This document shows positions 20,107 to 30,324 of a stretch of DNA of 39,733 bases, one piece after another. The stretch's first letter is position 1. Each line of letters starts with the position of its first letter. The position numbers and the translations under genes are program-made. The notes under the pieces were generated by a model. The model did no database searches. It worked only from the letters and a program-made list of their open reading frames with translations, and was not told the origin of the DNA. This DNA is from Chrysochromulina tobinii (lineage: Eukaryota), in the NCBI GenBank assembly GCA_001275005.1, contig JWZX01003151.1:1-39733 (forward strand), written 5' to 3'.

Positions 20107-21651
20107 TCACGCCAGCCCCACCTTCTCGGCAAATTTGACAAGCGGCCCCATCGACTCCGAGTACACCTCAAGCGCGCTTAGCTGGATGCCCCAGCTAAGG
20201 CTCGGATAAGCGTGCATCACGTTGCCGAGTGCGCTCACCTTCATCTTACTGGCGAGCGCCACCGCGATCTCTCCGATCATTTCGCCAGCGCCGGGCGCAA
20301 CGATGGTGGCACCGATCAGCTCGGTACTCCCCGCCTTGTAAACCAGCTTGATGAAGCCATGCGCGTCATTCCGGCCGGCGATGGCGCCATCATTTTTGCG
20401 AAGCGGCTTGATCTTGGCACGCACCTTGCCCACGCCGAACTTGGCCATGGCCGCCGACTCCGAAAGGCCGATACTCGCCACCTCGGGCGAGGTGAACGTG
20501 CACGACGGGATCGACTCGCTATACACGCCGCCAAAGCCGAGTGCCAGGCGCAGCACCGCAGGCAACGACGAGAACACGACGTTGGTCATCGCCGCGACGC
20601 CCTGCTTGACTGCGTAATGTGTATACTGCTTATCGCCCGTGCAATCGCCCGCCGCATACACGCCGCGCGCCGTCGTCTGCAGCGTGCCGTCGACCTTGAT
20701 GCCGCCGCTCGGTGTGAGCTCGACGCCAATCTGCTCGAGGCCGAGCGAGCTTGTGAGTGGCTTGCGACCGACGGCGACGAGCAGCGCGTCGGCTCGCACA
20801 GAGGTCGTCGCGCCGCCCGTGAGCTCGATGGTGACCACCTTGGCGCCACCCGCCTCCGTGGCGACGGACCTAGCGCGCCCCGCGACCACTTGGATGCCCT
20901 CGTCCGCGAACGCCTCGGCGAGCACGCCGCCCGCGTCGCCGTCGGCGTCGGGCAACAGCTTGGGGGCGATGATGGTCACCGAACTGCCCAGCCTCGAGAG
21001 TGCCTGCGCGAGCTCGCAGCCAATCGGGCCGCCGCCAATGACGGCGAGGGACGCAGGGAGGCTCTCGAGTGACCAGATCGACTCGTACGTCAGGTAGTCG
21101 CCCTCGACCAAACCGGGCAGGTCGGGCGGCCGCGGCTGCGCGCCCGTCGCGATCACGATGCCCTTCCTCGCCGTGAAGAGCTCGGTTCTGCCGTCGCTGT
21201 TCAGCGTGACCTCCACCTGCTTGCGGTTGATAAAGCGCGCCGCGCCGAAGATGGGTGTCACGCCGAGCGACTCGAAGACCTCAGGCGAGTCGTCCGCATC
21301 GTAAATGCGCTGCCGAATCAGGTCAAGCTGCGCGCGCACGACCTTCATGTCGACCTTGACGTCGCTCGGACTGCCGCCGGTGCTCACGCCATACTTGTGC
21401 GCGGTGCGCACCGCGTGTGCCGCCTTGGCCGTCGCAATCAGCGTCTTCGACGGCACGCAGCCAACCCATGTGCAGTCGCCACCAAAGACGTTGGCCTTCT
21501 CGATGAGCGCGACCGACTTGCCGAGCGACGCCGCGCCCTTGGCCGCGCCGATGCCAGCGGAGCCCGAACCGATGACGAGCAGGTCAAAGGTGTTCTTCGA
21601 GGCGGAGCCGAGCACAGGAAGGGCGAGGATAAGCTTTGCGAATCTACTCAT
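20107..21651 (-). CDS. Class I pyridine nucleotide-disulfide oxidoreductase (mercuric reductase/dihydrolipoamide dehydrogenase-like flavoprotein) with a short N-terminal leader
   Basis: VIGSGSAG (FAD), GGDCTWVGCVPSK redox disulfide, VIGGGPIGCE (NAD(P)H), YAAGDC, HAYPS. Confidence 0.9.
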   Translation of the reverse strand: MSRFAKLILALPVLGSASKNTFDLLVIGSGSAGIGAAKGAASLGKSVALIEKANVFGGDCTWVGCVPSKTLIATAKAAHAVRTAHKYGVSTGGSPSDVKVDMKVVRAQLDLIRQRIYDADDSPEVFESLGVTPIFGAARFINRKQVEVTLNSDGRTELFTARKGIVIATGAQPRPPDLPGLVEGDYLTYESIWSLESLPASLAVIGGGPIGCELAQALSRLGSSVTIIAPKLLPDADGDAGGVLAEAFADEGIQVVAGRARSVATEAGGAKVVTIELTGGATTSVRADALLVAVGRKPLTSSLGLEQIGVELTPSGGIKVDGTLQTTARGVYAAGDCTGDKQYTHYAVKQGVAAMTNVVFSSLPAVLRLALGFGGVYSESIPSCTFTSPEVASIGLSESAAMAKFGVGKVRAKIKPLRKNDGAIAGRNDAHGFIKLVYKAGSTELIGATIVAPGAGEMIGEIAVALASKMKVSALGNVMHAYPSLSWGIQLSALEVYSESMGPLVKFAEKVGLA

Positions 21652-22019
21652 CTTCTACGACAAGGCACAAGAGCCCTGTGCGCCTGTGAAACGAAACTAA
21701 CCCTTGGCTGTGAAAACTACAAGTTGTGAAACACAAACGCGCACACTCTGATGTGCACCGCGGTGACCGATGGGCTCGAGTTTCGGGGGAGTGTCACGAC
21801 ACATGTGGTCGATGCATGTGGTCGACACGCACTGGATCTTCCGGATCAAAAACACCGGCGGGAGCCAGGACACACACGGCTGAACCGGTGATGCGTGAGC
21901 GCTAGAACCGCGGGTTTTCTTCAAGTCCACATTCGGTGCTTTGTTTGCAAGCAAGTTTGCGACTTTGCGACGAAACTTTCCAAACCACAAAAAAAAACAG
22001 CTTGACCCCTCATAAGCAT

Positions 22020-25000
22020 ATGCCCGGGAGCGGGAGCCCTCGTGCGTCTGGGCGAGGGCAGCACCGAGCCGCGAGCGCGGCCGGAAGTCCCTCCGCTGTG
22101 GCCGTGGCCGCGGCCGCGCGCTCGCCGCCCTCGCCGCCTGGTACGCCTTCTTCATCATCATCGTCTCCCAACGCGCGGACGACGACGCCGCGCGGCCGGC
22201 CACTGCGTAACCCGTCGCGGTCCCCCGCATCACAGCCTGAGAAGGCCGAGAAGGTGCCGCTCCGCGCCTCGGCGAGCGCCCTCTCTGGTAAGCCGAGTCC
22301 CACCTCATCCGGGCGCAGCCCATCCTCGTCTGCTCGGGCAGCCTCGCTCGAGGCGGAGGTGGCCGCTCTGCGCACGCAGCTGGCGGAGCAGTCCGAAGGC
22401 CACCAGTCTGACATGTCGGCTCTGCGGGCCGAACAGGCGCTCCGACGCGCCGCGCTTGAGGACGCCCTGCGCGCCGAGTCGGCCGAGTCGGAGCGCCGGC
22501 TGTGCCTGCAGTTTGCAGAGGAAGCGACGTCGTTCAAGGTGTCGGCGGACATCTCGCTGCAGCAGGCGCGCGCCGCCTCTCGCTCGGCAATGCGCCGCGA
22601 GATGGCCGTGCTGCGCCGCCAGCTCGAGGGGCTTCGCGGCGTGCTGCTCCTCATCGGCCCGCCTTGCAGCGGCAAGTCCGTCCATGCCGAGGTGCTCTCT
22701 GCCCAGCTCGGCGTTCAGCATGCCTCGCTGGGCACGCTCCTGCAGGACAGCTCCGCCGCGCGCGGGTACGGCGCTGCCGTTCGTGGCGGTCTCGCCGACG
22801 CGCCGGTGCTCACGGATGCGCTCGTGCAGAGAGCGGCGAGCGAACTGCCTCCTGGTGGTGTGCTCGAGATGCTCCTGCGGGCGGCCGCGAGCGCGGACGA
22901 TCGGCTCCTCCTCCTCGAGTGCCCCGCGCATGGCTCGTTGCTGCCACAGCTCCTCATGCGCATTGAGCCGGTCCTCATCCTGCTCGTCGACGCGACCGAT
23001 CGAGCGTGCTTGCGGCGCATGCAACGGAGGTGCCGGCTCGCCGGTCAGCCAACTCCGCCCGCTGCTCAGATGACTAGCTTAGTGGGCACCTACCGGGCGG
23101 TAGACGAGCGCCTTGCGCGCGCGTACGGCAAGAGGCACTATGGGCGGCTCTGCGTCCTCGACGACCGCGTCGCTCTCGAGGAGGCGCCTGCCATCGTCGC
23201 CGAGGCCCTCGTACACACTCTGCACAAGCCGCGTGCCCATTGCGGCGCCTCAGCTGAGCTGTCGCCGGTGCTCGTGGCGGGCGCGGGCAGCAGCGTCGGC
23301 AGCATCGGTGGCATGGGGATTGAGGGCAGTGGCGGCGCCGGCCACGTCACCGGCCACGTCTCCGAGGCGGCGGCCATGGCAGGCGCGATGGCCGCCGCGT
23401 GGGGCCTGGCGCATTTGTCGACAAGCACTCATGACGAGGCAAGTGCGATGGGCTCGGAGGCATCCGCGCTGCTCCTCGAGGCCATGCTCGAGTGCGCCAA
23501 GCGAGGGCAGCGATGTGTGATCTCGGCCAGCCCGCCCACGCTGCCCGCTGCGCTCCGCGCGCTCCGTCGCTACTCGAGCGAGCGATTAGCGCCCGCCTTA
23601 CCCGCGCCCTCCTTGCCCGCGCCGATGGCGCCCACGGCCGCGGCCATCGCGCCCGCCGTCTTTCGCTCGGGTAGCTCGCTGTCTGCAGCGGTGGCCACCG
23701 GTCAGGCTCGCGCAACTACCCCGGCGCTCAGCTCTCCGCCCAGCCCTCTATTGGCTGCCATCCCTCCCCCGCCTGTCTCGGTCGAGGCGCCAGCGGCGGC
23801 GGCGGAGCCGATGTGCCTGGCCTTCATCGTGTCCACGGACGTGCCAGTGACTGCGGGAGGGCGCCCGTCGGCTGTACGGCTGCGCGAGGTGGAGGGGCTT
23901 CGCTCGACGCTCCGAGCGGCCGGTCTGTCGCACGAAGCGCTCGGCGCGACCGTCGCGGCAGTCGGCGCACCCGCCGCTAAGGCGGAGGGCTTCGGCGCCA
24001 TGGTGGGCGCATCATCGCCGACGTCCTTTAGCTGGCAGGCGGCGCTGGCAGCGGTAGCCGAGAGGCTCGTCACGGCGAGCCTCGGCTTGCCGCGCGGGGC
24101 CGGTCCCGACGCCGCCGCCACCCCGTCGCCCACCTCCATCGTCCCCTCGCCCTCGCCCAATGTGCCCTCGTCCGTCGGCGCGTTCAACGCCGCTGCCCAC
24201 GTCACCTCGAGCCCTGGCCACGTGTCGAGCCACGTCACCTCGAGCCCTGGCCACGTGTCGAGCCACGTCACCTTGTCCTACCGCCCCCTTGACACGTGGC
24301 CAGGGGTCGACGGTTCTCATCTCAGAGGGCTGATCGTCGTGAGTGGCGCTGAGCCTCCCGCGGCCGGGAGCTCCAAGGCAGCGGTGGAGCCCTCGTTTTG
24401 CATGCGACTCGCCGAGAAACTCGGCTCGGCGCACGTCGCGCTGCCTTCGCTACTGCGCGAGCAGCTCGCCGCGCTGCACAAGACCTCTGCCTCGTGTCAG
24501 CTGTCGAGGCAGTTGCCGGGCTCGACTCATCCGGTGGATGAGCGCGGCGCCACCATCTCGGAGGGATTGCGCACCGGCAAGCTGCTCTCCGCCGACTCGA
24601 CCCTGCGCGCTGTCCAGACGGCGATCCACGCGGCTCCCGAGGGTCTCGTCCTCGTCGAACACTCGAAGACCGACTCGCCGCTTGAGCACCTCGTCGCACG
24701 CATCCGGCCGTCGCTCGTGCTGCTCGTGCGCCCCATGGCCGCCGCCCCGCCTTCGCCACGCAACAACGGCTGGGCCAATAGCCTCACCGACGTCGACGCG
24801 CGCCAGGCTTACGAGCTGCGCGCGCTCGAGGCGCTCGGCGACGACGCGCCGCAGGAGGTGCGCCTGTGCGCCGCCGTCGTCGAGGAGGCGGCGCAGCTCA
24901 TCTTCGCGCATCTGTCACGCGACGAGATGTACGAGGCTGACGAGGAAAGCGACGACGAACACCTCGAGTACTACGGCGGGTACGACTTGCCGCTCTTCAA

Positions 25001-25037
25001 AAATGTGGCGGAGGCGGCACTTCACCCGACCTGTTGA
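22020..25037 (+). CDS. Large protein with coiled coil and adenylate/nucleoside-monophosphate kinase-like module(s)
   Basis: Long ORF with S/P-rich N-terminus, coiled coil, LLLIGPPCSGKSVHAEVLSAQLGVQHASLGTLL P-loop, and later degenerate AK-like segments. Confidence 0.6.
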   Translation: MPGSGSPRASGRGQHRAASAAGSPSAVAVAAAARSPPSPPGTPSSSSSSPNARTTTPRGRPLRNPSRSPASQPEKAEKVPLRASASALSGKPSPTSSGRSPSSSARAASLEAEVAALRTQLAEQSEGHQSDMSALRAEQALRRAALEDALRAESAESERRLCLQFAEEATSFKVSADISLQQARAASRSAMRREMAVLRRQLEGLRGVLLLIGPPCSGKSVHAEVLSAQLGVQHASLGTLLQDSSAARGYGAAVRGGLADAPVLTDALVQRAASELPPGGVLEMLLRAAASADDRLLLLECPAHGSLLPQLLMRIEPVLILLVDATDRACLRRMQRRCRLAGQPTPPAAQMTSLVGTYRAVDERLARAYGKRHYGRLCVLDDRVALEEAPAIVAEALVHTLHKPRAHCGASAELSPVLVAGAGSSVGSIGGMGIEGSGGAGHVTGHVSEAAAMAGAMAAAWGLAHLSTSTHDEASAMGSEASALLLEAMLECAKRGQRCVISASPPTLPAALRALRRYSSERLAPALPAPSLPAPMAPTAAAIAPAVFRSGSSLSAAVATGQARATTPALSSPPSPLLAAIPPPPVSVEAPAAAAEPMCLAFIVSTDVPVTAGGRPSAVRLREVEGLRSTLRAAGLSHEALGATVAAVGAPAAKAEGFGAMVGASSPTSFSWQAALAAVAERLVTASLGLPRGAGPDAAATPSPTSIVPSPSPNVPSSVGAFNAAAHVTSSPGHVSSHVTSSPGHVSSHVTLSYRPLDTWPGVDGSHLRGLIVVSGAEPPAAGSSKAAVEPSFCMRLAEKLGSAHVALPSLLREQLAALHKTSASCQLSRQLPGSTHPVDERGATISEGLRTGKLLSADSTLRAVQTAIHAAPEGLVLVEHSKTDSPLEHLVARIRPSLVLLVRPMAAAPPSPRNNGWANSLTDVDARQAYELRALEALGDDAPQEVRLCAAVVEEAAQLIFAHLSRDEMYEADEESDDEHLEYYGGYDLPLFKNVAEAALHPTC
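24198..24273 (+). repeat. 33-bp coding tandem repeat, ~2.3 copies (HVTSSPGHVSS)
   Basis: cacgtcacctcgagccctggccacgtgtcgagc repeated exactly. Confidence 0.9.
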
Positions 25038-25473
25038 TGGTATCGATTGATAGTATGATCTATGATGGAGGTGCTGGGTGCGGGCGCGCGGTCACATGTC
25101 TTTCATGTACCTATGAGTACTCCTATCCATATTAGATTATTAATCACATAGATTAAAACTTATTCCTATAGCCGCAATTGTATAGCCGGAGGCTTCTGGC
25201 GTCCTCGGTATGTATTACGTTAAACCTGAGTTTAGAAGGGTAGCTACCCAGAATTTTTAACAGAAGTGGGCACGAGCGAGGAGCGCAACCGCAAGGTTAA
25301 ACCTTAAACCAAGGTTAAACCGAGGAGCGCAAGGTTGCCGAGCGCCTAGGTGGTAAACGCGGTGCTCTCGGCGCCGTTCGAGCACACTGTCGAGCTCTTC
25401 GTCACTGACGAAGTCTTTGCGGACTGATGCTGCGGACTGATGACGTGTGGACTGTCTTTTGTCTACCCCTGCA

Positions 25474-26509
25474 ATGTTGATGTGCACGCCATTGCTCGCC
25501 GTGGGCCTCATCATTCAGAGGGCACGGCCGCCGCAAATGGTAATGCTGCCGCGTCTCGGTGATGAGGCTGATTGCTTGTTCGACCTTTTGCTGCAGCGCG
25601 CGGTTCAGACGTGCTGCTTCACAGCGCGTTCCTGCCGCGATCCGCCGACAGCGACGTGGCTCGCGAGATCCGCCGACAGCGACGCACCGGAGGCGTTTGA
25701 GCGCATGCACGGCAGTCGGTATCCTGCGAATGCCCTGGCGGATCTACCTCTCTAAGATGCTAGCAGCCCCGCCCCAAGAGATCCAAGTTGAGTCCCTGCT
25801 GAAAACGAACAGGGGGGCATCTCCAAACAATCCGTTTTTAAGTCAAGAAAAAATGACCTACTCGTACGAGCTTGTACCGCAGCAGATCGCGGAGCGTGTC
25901 ATGCAGGCAGCGCAGCAGATTGCCGAGGAGTGGGCATATGAGGCACTTCCGTGCATGGCAGCCGAGAACGAGAAAGTGTGGAGGGATAGGAGGGCGACAG
26001 TCACCCGCGACGACGAGGAGGTGCGAACGACGATGCCCGCGTTTCAACAAGACCAGGATGATAGTGGCGCGGGCGACGGGAGCCCGTTCAAGGGCGGCAA
26101 CTACGACCTGCTTCTCTTCGTCGCAACTCGGCGCGCGGCGTACAGCACATTGGCCGAGCTTGCAATGAAGCCTAGCAAGCGCGGCGAGCACGCGCTGCTG
26201 GCGGAGCAGATGTCCAAGCTGCCACGCGACGGACTGGAGTTGGGGCACGGTGCTGCAGATACGTGGCTCATGGAGCTGCTCGAACTGCCCGTCGTGCTTC
26301 GTATGGACGACGTCGGGGCCGCGTCGGGCACACTGGTCGACCCTCGCGCCGTGGCAGGGGTCGTGCTAAACCATCGGCTTTCCGTGGCAAGGGAGTGGGT
26401 GGGGCTCCTGAGAGGGGCGTCGGAGATGTTCCTCGATGTCAAGCGCAATTATCTTGCGGAGCGCGCGGGCGAGTCGCTTACGGCTGACAGCGGCGAGGAG
26501 CCTTTGTGA
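25474..26509 (+). CDS. Uncharacterised, probably plastid-targeted algal protein interrupted by a frameshift near 25714
   Basis: Frame 1 has a signal-like leader and LLLQRAVQT..F....RDPPTATWL...MHG. Frame 2 continues VGILRMPWRIYL...GASPNNPFL...PQQIAERVM...IAEEW to TGA 26507-26509. Confidence 0.55.
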
Positions 26510-26788
26510 GGGCGGGCGCGGTCAACCTCGAAGCAGCCTCGACGAAGATAGTGCAAACCCGATCACAAACCCGATATGAACGCGCCTGCGTCGGTCCCGT
26601 AGTTTGATTCGATTGGCCAATGATGACGTGAACAACTAGCTTCAATGTGGCAGAGCGTGTTTTGCTGATCACCATCACGGGGGCCTTTGGGGGCCTGTCC
26701 GCTGTCGGCTGTCGGCCCCCCGAGCGTGGCGCGCCGCTCTAAACGACGTGTTCATAAAGTGAAAGATGAAACAAACTCAGGTTAAACC

Positions 26789-29062
26789 TCATCCTGGGCC
26801 GAAAGGCACATTACTCACCACCGCATCCGGTCGCCTCGAGCCGCCAAAGCGCGCATGGTCGCACAAGATCTGGCGCGCGTAATCGGTGCCGTGGAGGCCG
26901 GCGTTGCGCAGCGCGTGCCCGATCTTGAAGCGCACGTCCTTCATGAGCGTCGCATCGGCGTACCCATACAGCGGGAATAGATCCGTGCACGGCAAAGCCT
27001 CGGCCTGCGAGGCGGCCGTCGGCTTGTACACGTCATCCTCCTGCCGGTCGGCGGTGAGCGCCGCGATGCGCGCCTCCCGCTCCTGCTGCCGCCGGAGCGC
27101 CTGCTCCTCTCCGAGAAGCCGCTCGTGCTCCGCCTGCTCGGCGCGCAGTCGCTCGCGCTCGGCGTGCAGCTCGGCTCGGTACTGCACGCGCGACAAATTG
27201 TACTCAGCGCGCGCGAGGAGTTCGGCTTGAAGCCGCGTCGCCTCCTCCATCTTGTGCTGCTCCTCAGCGCAACGGTGCTCCGCCTGCTGTGCATGGTACT
27301 CGGCCACAAGGGCCTTCTTGTGCGCGCGTTCGGCCTCCGCCTTGACGTGCCGCGCCTCCGCGAGTGCCTCCGTAATCTCAACCTCTGCGGCCGCCCGTTC
27401 GGCCTCCTCTTGCTCACGCTGCAAGCGCGCTGCCTCGAGCACGGCGAGCTCCGCATGGAGCTCCTCCCGGCGTGCGTCGAGTGCTTCGCGCTCCGCGCGC
27501 TGCAGCTGCAGCCGGCCCTCCTCTGCGGCGAGCTGGTAGAGGAGATGGCGCGCGCTGCGCCCGAGTGCTTGCTGGCGCGCTTCCCACGCCAGCAGGAGCG
27601 CCCGCCGGCGCTTCCGGTAGGCGTGCCTCCGGCAGAGCGTGTGCAGCCGTGCCTCAAGCAGCTCGCCCGAGAAGGCGGGCAGCTCGAGTCGTAGCCGGGC
27701 GAGCAGAGCGTGGCGCGGCCGGCCGCGGAACTCACCCTCGAGCTTTGCGAGCCGAGCCTGCGCGGCGGCGTTCCAGCCGCACGCGGCCGTCGGCGCAGCC
27801 GATGACGTGCCGCCTGGCGGCACCGGCGACGGCCCACCGGCTGGCACTGACCCGCCTGCCGCTGCTGCCGTGGTGGCATCTGCCGGCAGCGGAGGCGGCT
27901 GCGGTGGCGACAGCCCAGCGGCCACGCCAGTGCCGTGGCCGCGGCCGCTGCTGCCCTTGTCGTTGGGATCCTCGAGCACGAAGTAATCGCCCGCCACGCG
28001 CAGGCCTGCATCGTTGCCGTTGGCGGGCTTGTCGGCTGGCACGGCCTCGTCGCCCGGCACCTCTTCCGCGCCCTCGGCGGCGGCTGCCGCCTCGTCTTCG
28101 TCCTCGTCGTTGCGACCGCCGGGCGTACCCGCTGCATCGAAGGCATCGCTAAACTCAGCCCGGAGCGCGCCAAGATGCTCCCGGTGCGCCTCGGCCTCGG
28201 ATTTGAGTTGCATACCGAGCGCCTCGAGCAGACGACGCTCTGCAGCCGAGCGAGGCTGCCCATGCGGCGTCGCGACTGCGCCGGCTGCGAAGAGCTTGGA
28301 CGCGAAGAGCGCCTCCACGGCCTCGTCGGACATGCCGCTGCCGCCCAGACTGCCCAGAGCGCTGCTGCTGCTGTTGCCGCCCACTGCCCCGGCGGCAGGG
28401 TCCTCAGCGAAGATGGCTGCCGTATGCACGATGAGCTCGCGCTCGAGCGCCGCCGCAGTCGCCGCAAGGCGGTCGGCCTGCACGGCGAGCGAGCGCGAGA
28501 CCTCGGTGAGCAGCGAGCGACCGAGCGACGCGGGCGTTGTAGCCGACGCCGGCCGAGATGACGAGGGCGCAGCGGCCGGTGCGCCCGAGGCAGCAGCCGT
28601 CGGCCGGTGGGTCTGACGCTGCTGTACGGCCGAGGCGGCGCAAAGCTCGCGCAGGTCGCGCAGCTGACTGCGCATCTCGACACTCCACTCGCGACGAGCG
28701 GCGGCGGCCGCATCCTCCGCCTGTGCTAGGTCGCGCAGCGGCGCACCCACTGCCTCGGCTGCGGACCGCTCTGACTCTGCTTGCAGCCAGAGCGCACGTG
28801 CAGTCTCCGCCTCGGCGCGCTGGCGCTGAAGATCAGCGTTTGTCTGCAGCCAATCGCGCTGGTGCGATTGCCTCGTGCCGCGCTGCTTCTGGCCACGCGC
28901 TGCGCCTTTGAGGGCTCGCATCATCTCCTCGATGTTGGTAGACGCTGCCTTGGTCGCGTCGACCTTGGCGCGCATCGCGGCTGTAGTTGTTCCTCGGCCT
29001 GCCGCAGGAATCCGTGCGGCCGAAGGCGGCGGTGGCGGGCGCAGGTCACGAAGGGCCTTCAT
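26789..29062 (-). CDS. CCDC148: Coiled-coil domain-containing protein 148-like
   Basis: Long E/R/A coiled coil and C-terminal LFPLYGYADATLMKDVRFKIGHALRNAGLHGTDYARQIL, matching my recollection of the CCDC148 terminal motif (D.R.R.E.ALREAGLH.T.YA..IL). Start codon uncertain. Confidence 0.72.
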   Translation of the reverse strand: MKALRDLRPPPPPSAARIPAAGRGTTTAAMRAKVDATKAASTNIEEMMRALKGAARGQKQRGTRQSHQRDWLQTNADLQRQRAEAETARALWLQAESERSAAEAVGAPLRDLAQAEDAAAAARREWSVEMRSQLRDLRELCAASAVQQRQTHRPTAAASGAPAAAPSSSRPASATTPASLGRSLLTEVSRSLAVQADRLAATAAALERELIVHTAAIFAEDPAAGAVGGNSSSSALGSLGGSGMSDEAVEALFASKLFAAGAVATPHGQPRSAAERRLLEALGMQLKSEAEAHREHLGALRAEFSDAFDAAGTPGGRNDEDEDEAAAAAEGAEEVPGDEAVPADKPANGNDAGLRVAGDYFVLEDPNDKGSSGRGHGTGVAAGLSPPQPPPLPADATTAAAAGGSVPAGGPSPVPPGGTSSAAPTAACGWNAAAQARLAKLEGEFRGRPRHALLARLRLELPAFSGELLEARLHTLCRRHAYRKRRRALLLAWEARQQALGRSARHLLYQLAAEEGRLQLQRAEREALDARREELHAELAVLEAARLQREQEEAERAAAEVEITEALAEARHVKAEAERAHKKALVAEYHAQQAEHRCAEEQHKMEEATRLQAELLARAEYNLSRVQYRAELHAERERLRAEQAEHERLLGEEQALRRQQEREARIAALTADRQEDDVYKPTAASQAEALPCTDLFPLYGYADATLMKDVRFKIGHALRNAGLHGTDYARQILCDHARFGGSRRPDAVVSNVPFGPG

Positions 29063-29219
29063 GGGTGAGGCGAAGCCGTAAAAAGACACCGGGGGAGCCT
29101 TTGTCGGAGAAAAAGGAGAACCGCAGACACGAGCACTGGCTCAAAAAAGGAACTTGCGTATAGGCCCCAGTGTGCAGGCGCGGGGGACCCTCTCTCGGTT
29201 GCTGGCTTGTTAGGAAATC

Positions 29220-29738
29220 ATGGCGAAATTCGGACCATCATGTGGCGAACGTGGAGATCTGGCCGTGTGGCGTGCCGCGTCACAAATGCCGTCAATGGCC
29301 GCGTACGGCCCGCGCTCTGGCACCTTTGGCCAATGTACTTCCGCAGGTGTGCTTCTGATGAAATCGGATGTGCTGCCGCCTCCACCACGGCCGCCGCGGC
29401 TCGCAGCGCTCATGGCATCCAACGCTGCCGCCAAAACGGAGAGCTTAGGCATGATCTCGAGCAGCGGCGACGCGGAATTGCGACGATCCTGCTGGCGCCT
29501 GCGCTGGTGTGCCTTTTGCTTGTTGGTCGCGACAGCCATGCAGGCATCGACCGTAGGCAGCTCGCTGCATCTCCTCTACTCTCTAGATGAAGGCGACGAC
29601 GGCAGGCTAACACTGCAGCTGCTGAGCGCAAGTATTGTTCTCCTGTTGCTCCTCATCGCCTTCTGGTCGTTGCTGTCTCAGCTGCTGCTGTGGTCAGATG
29701 TGCGCGTGCGGGACGGACGAAAAGGCGATCTCGTCTAG
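29220..29738 (+). CDS. Small putative membrane protein (two hydrophobic segments)
   Basis: 172-aa ORF with WCAFCLLVATAM and LLSASIVLLLLLIAFWSLLSQLLLW; no recognised family. Confidence 0.4.
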   Translation: MAKFGPSCGERGDLAVWRAASQMPSMAAYGPRSGTFGQCTSAGVLLMKSDVLPPPPRPPRLAALMASNAAAKTESLGMISSSGDAELRRSCWRLRWCAFCLLVATAMQASTVGSSLHLLYSLDEGDDGRLTLQLLSASIVLLLLLIAFWSLLSQLLLWSDVRVRDGRKGDLV

Positions 29739-30324
29739 ACGTTCGTTTTCAGGTTATAGGTTACAAGGTTATAAAGCGGTTCTGAACCACAGTGTGGCTT
29801 GTACCTCATTTGTACACGGTGATCCGTGATCCGGCCTCAGGTGCTCGCGGTAGGACGGGAGCACGATGCACGAGGCTCTTCAAGAGCGAGCTCAACTAGC
29901 CCGACGAGGCGCCGGCCCGCCGGGGCGCGCCGCACCCGCAGACCCCACCCACTCTCGCAGACGGCGACGGAACCATCCAGCGCGCCGGGTAGCCCTTGTT
30001 CTACCGCATGGCCTTGGCGATCTGAGTATTCACCGGGTGAACAGTCTGAACGTTATTGACCTAACGGTGTATGAGTGGTGGCTGTGACCTTTGAGTCGGT
30101 GGCTACGTGGCTTATGTGTTATGATGAGTGCACTTGTTACACTTGTACTTGATGATCTTGTGTGAAGTACGGAGACTCGGAGGGCTACTGTGCGCTCCCG
30201 TAGGCTCTTTTATGTGGGTCTCCGAGAAAGCTAGGTAAAACGCAAACACGACAGAAACTTCCGTTGACACTTGAAACGAACACATGACGAAAAAGGAAAC
30301 CTACGCCGCGCGGTCCCAAAATAA

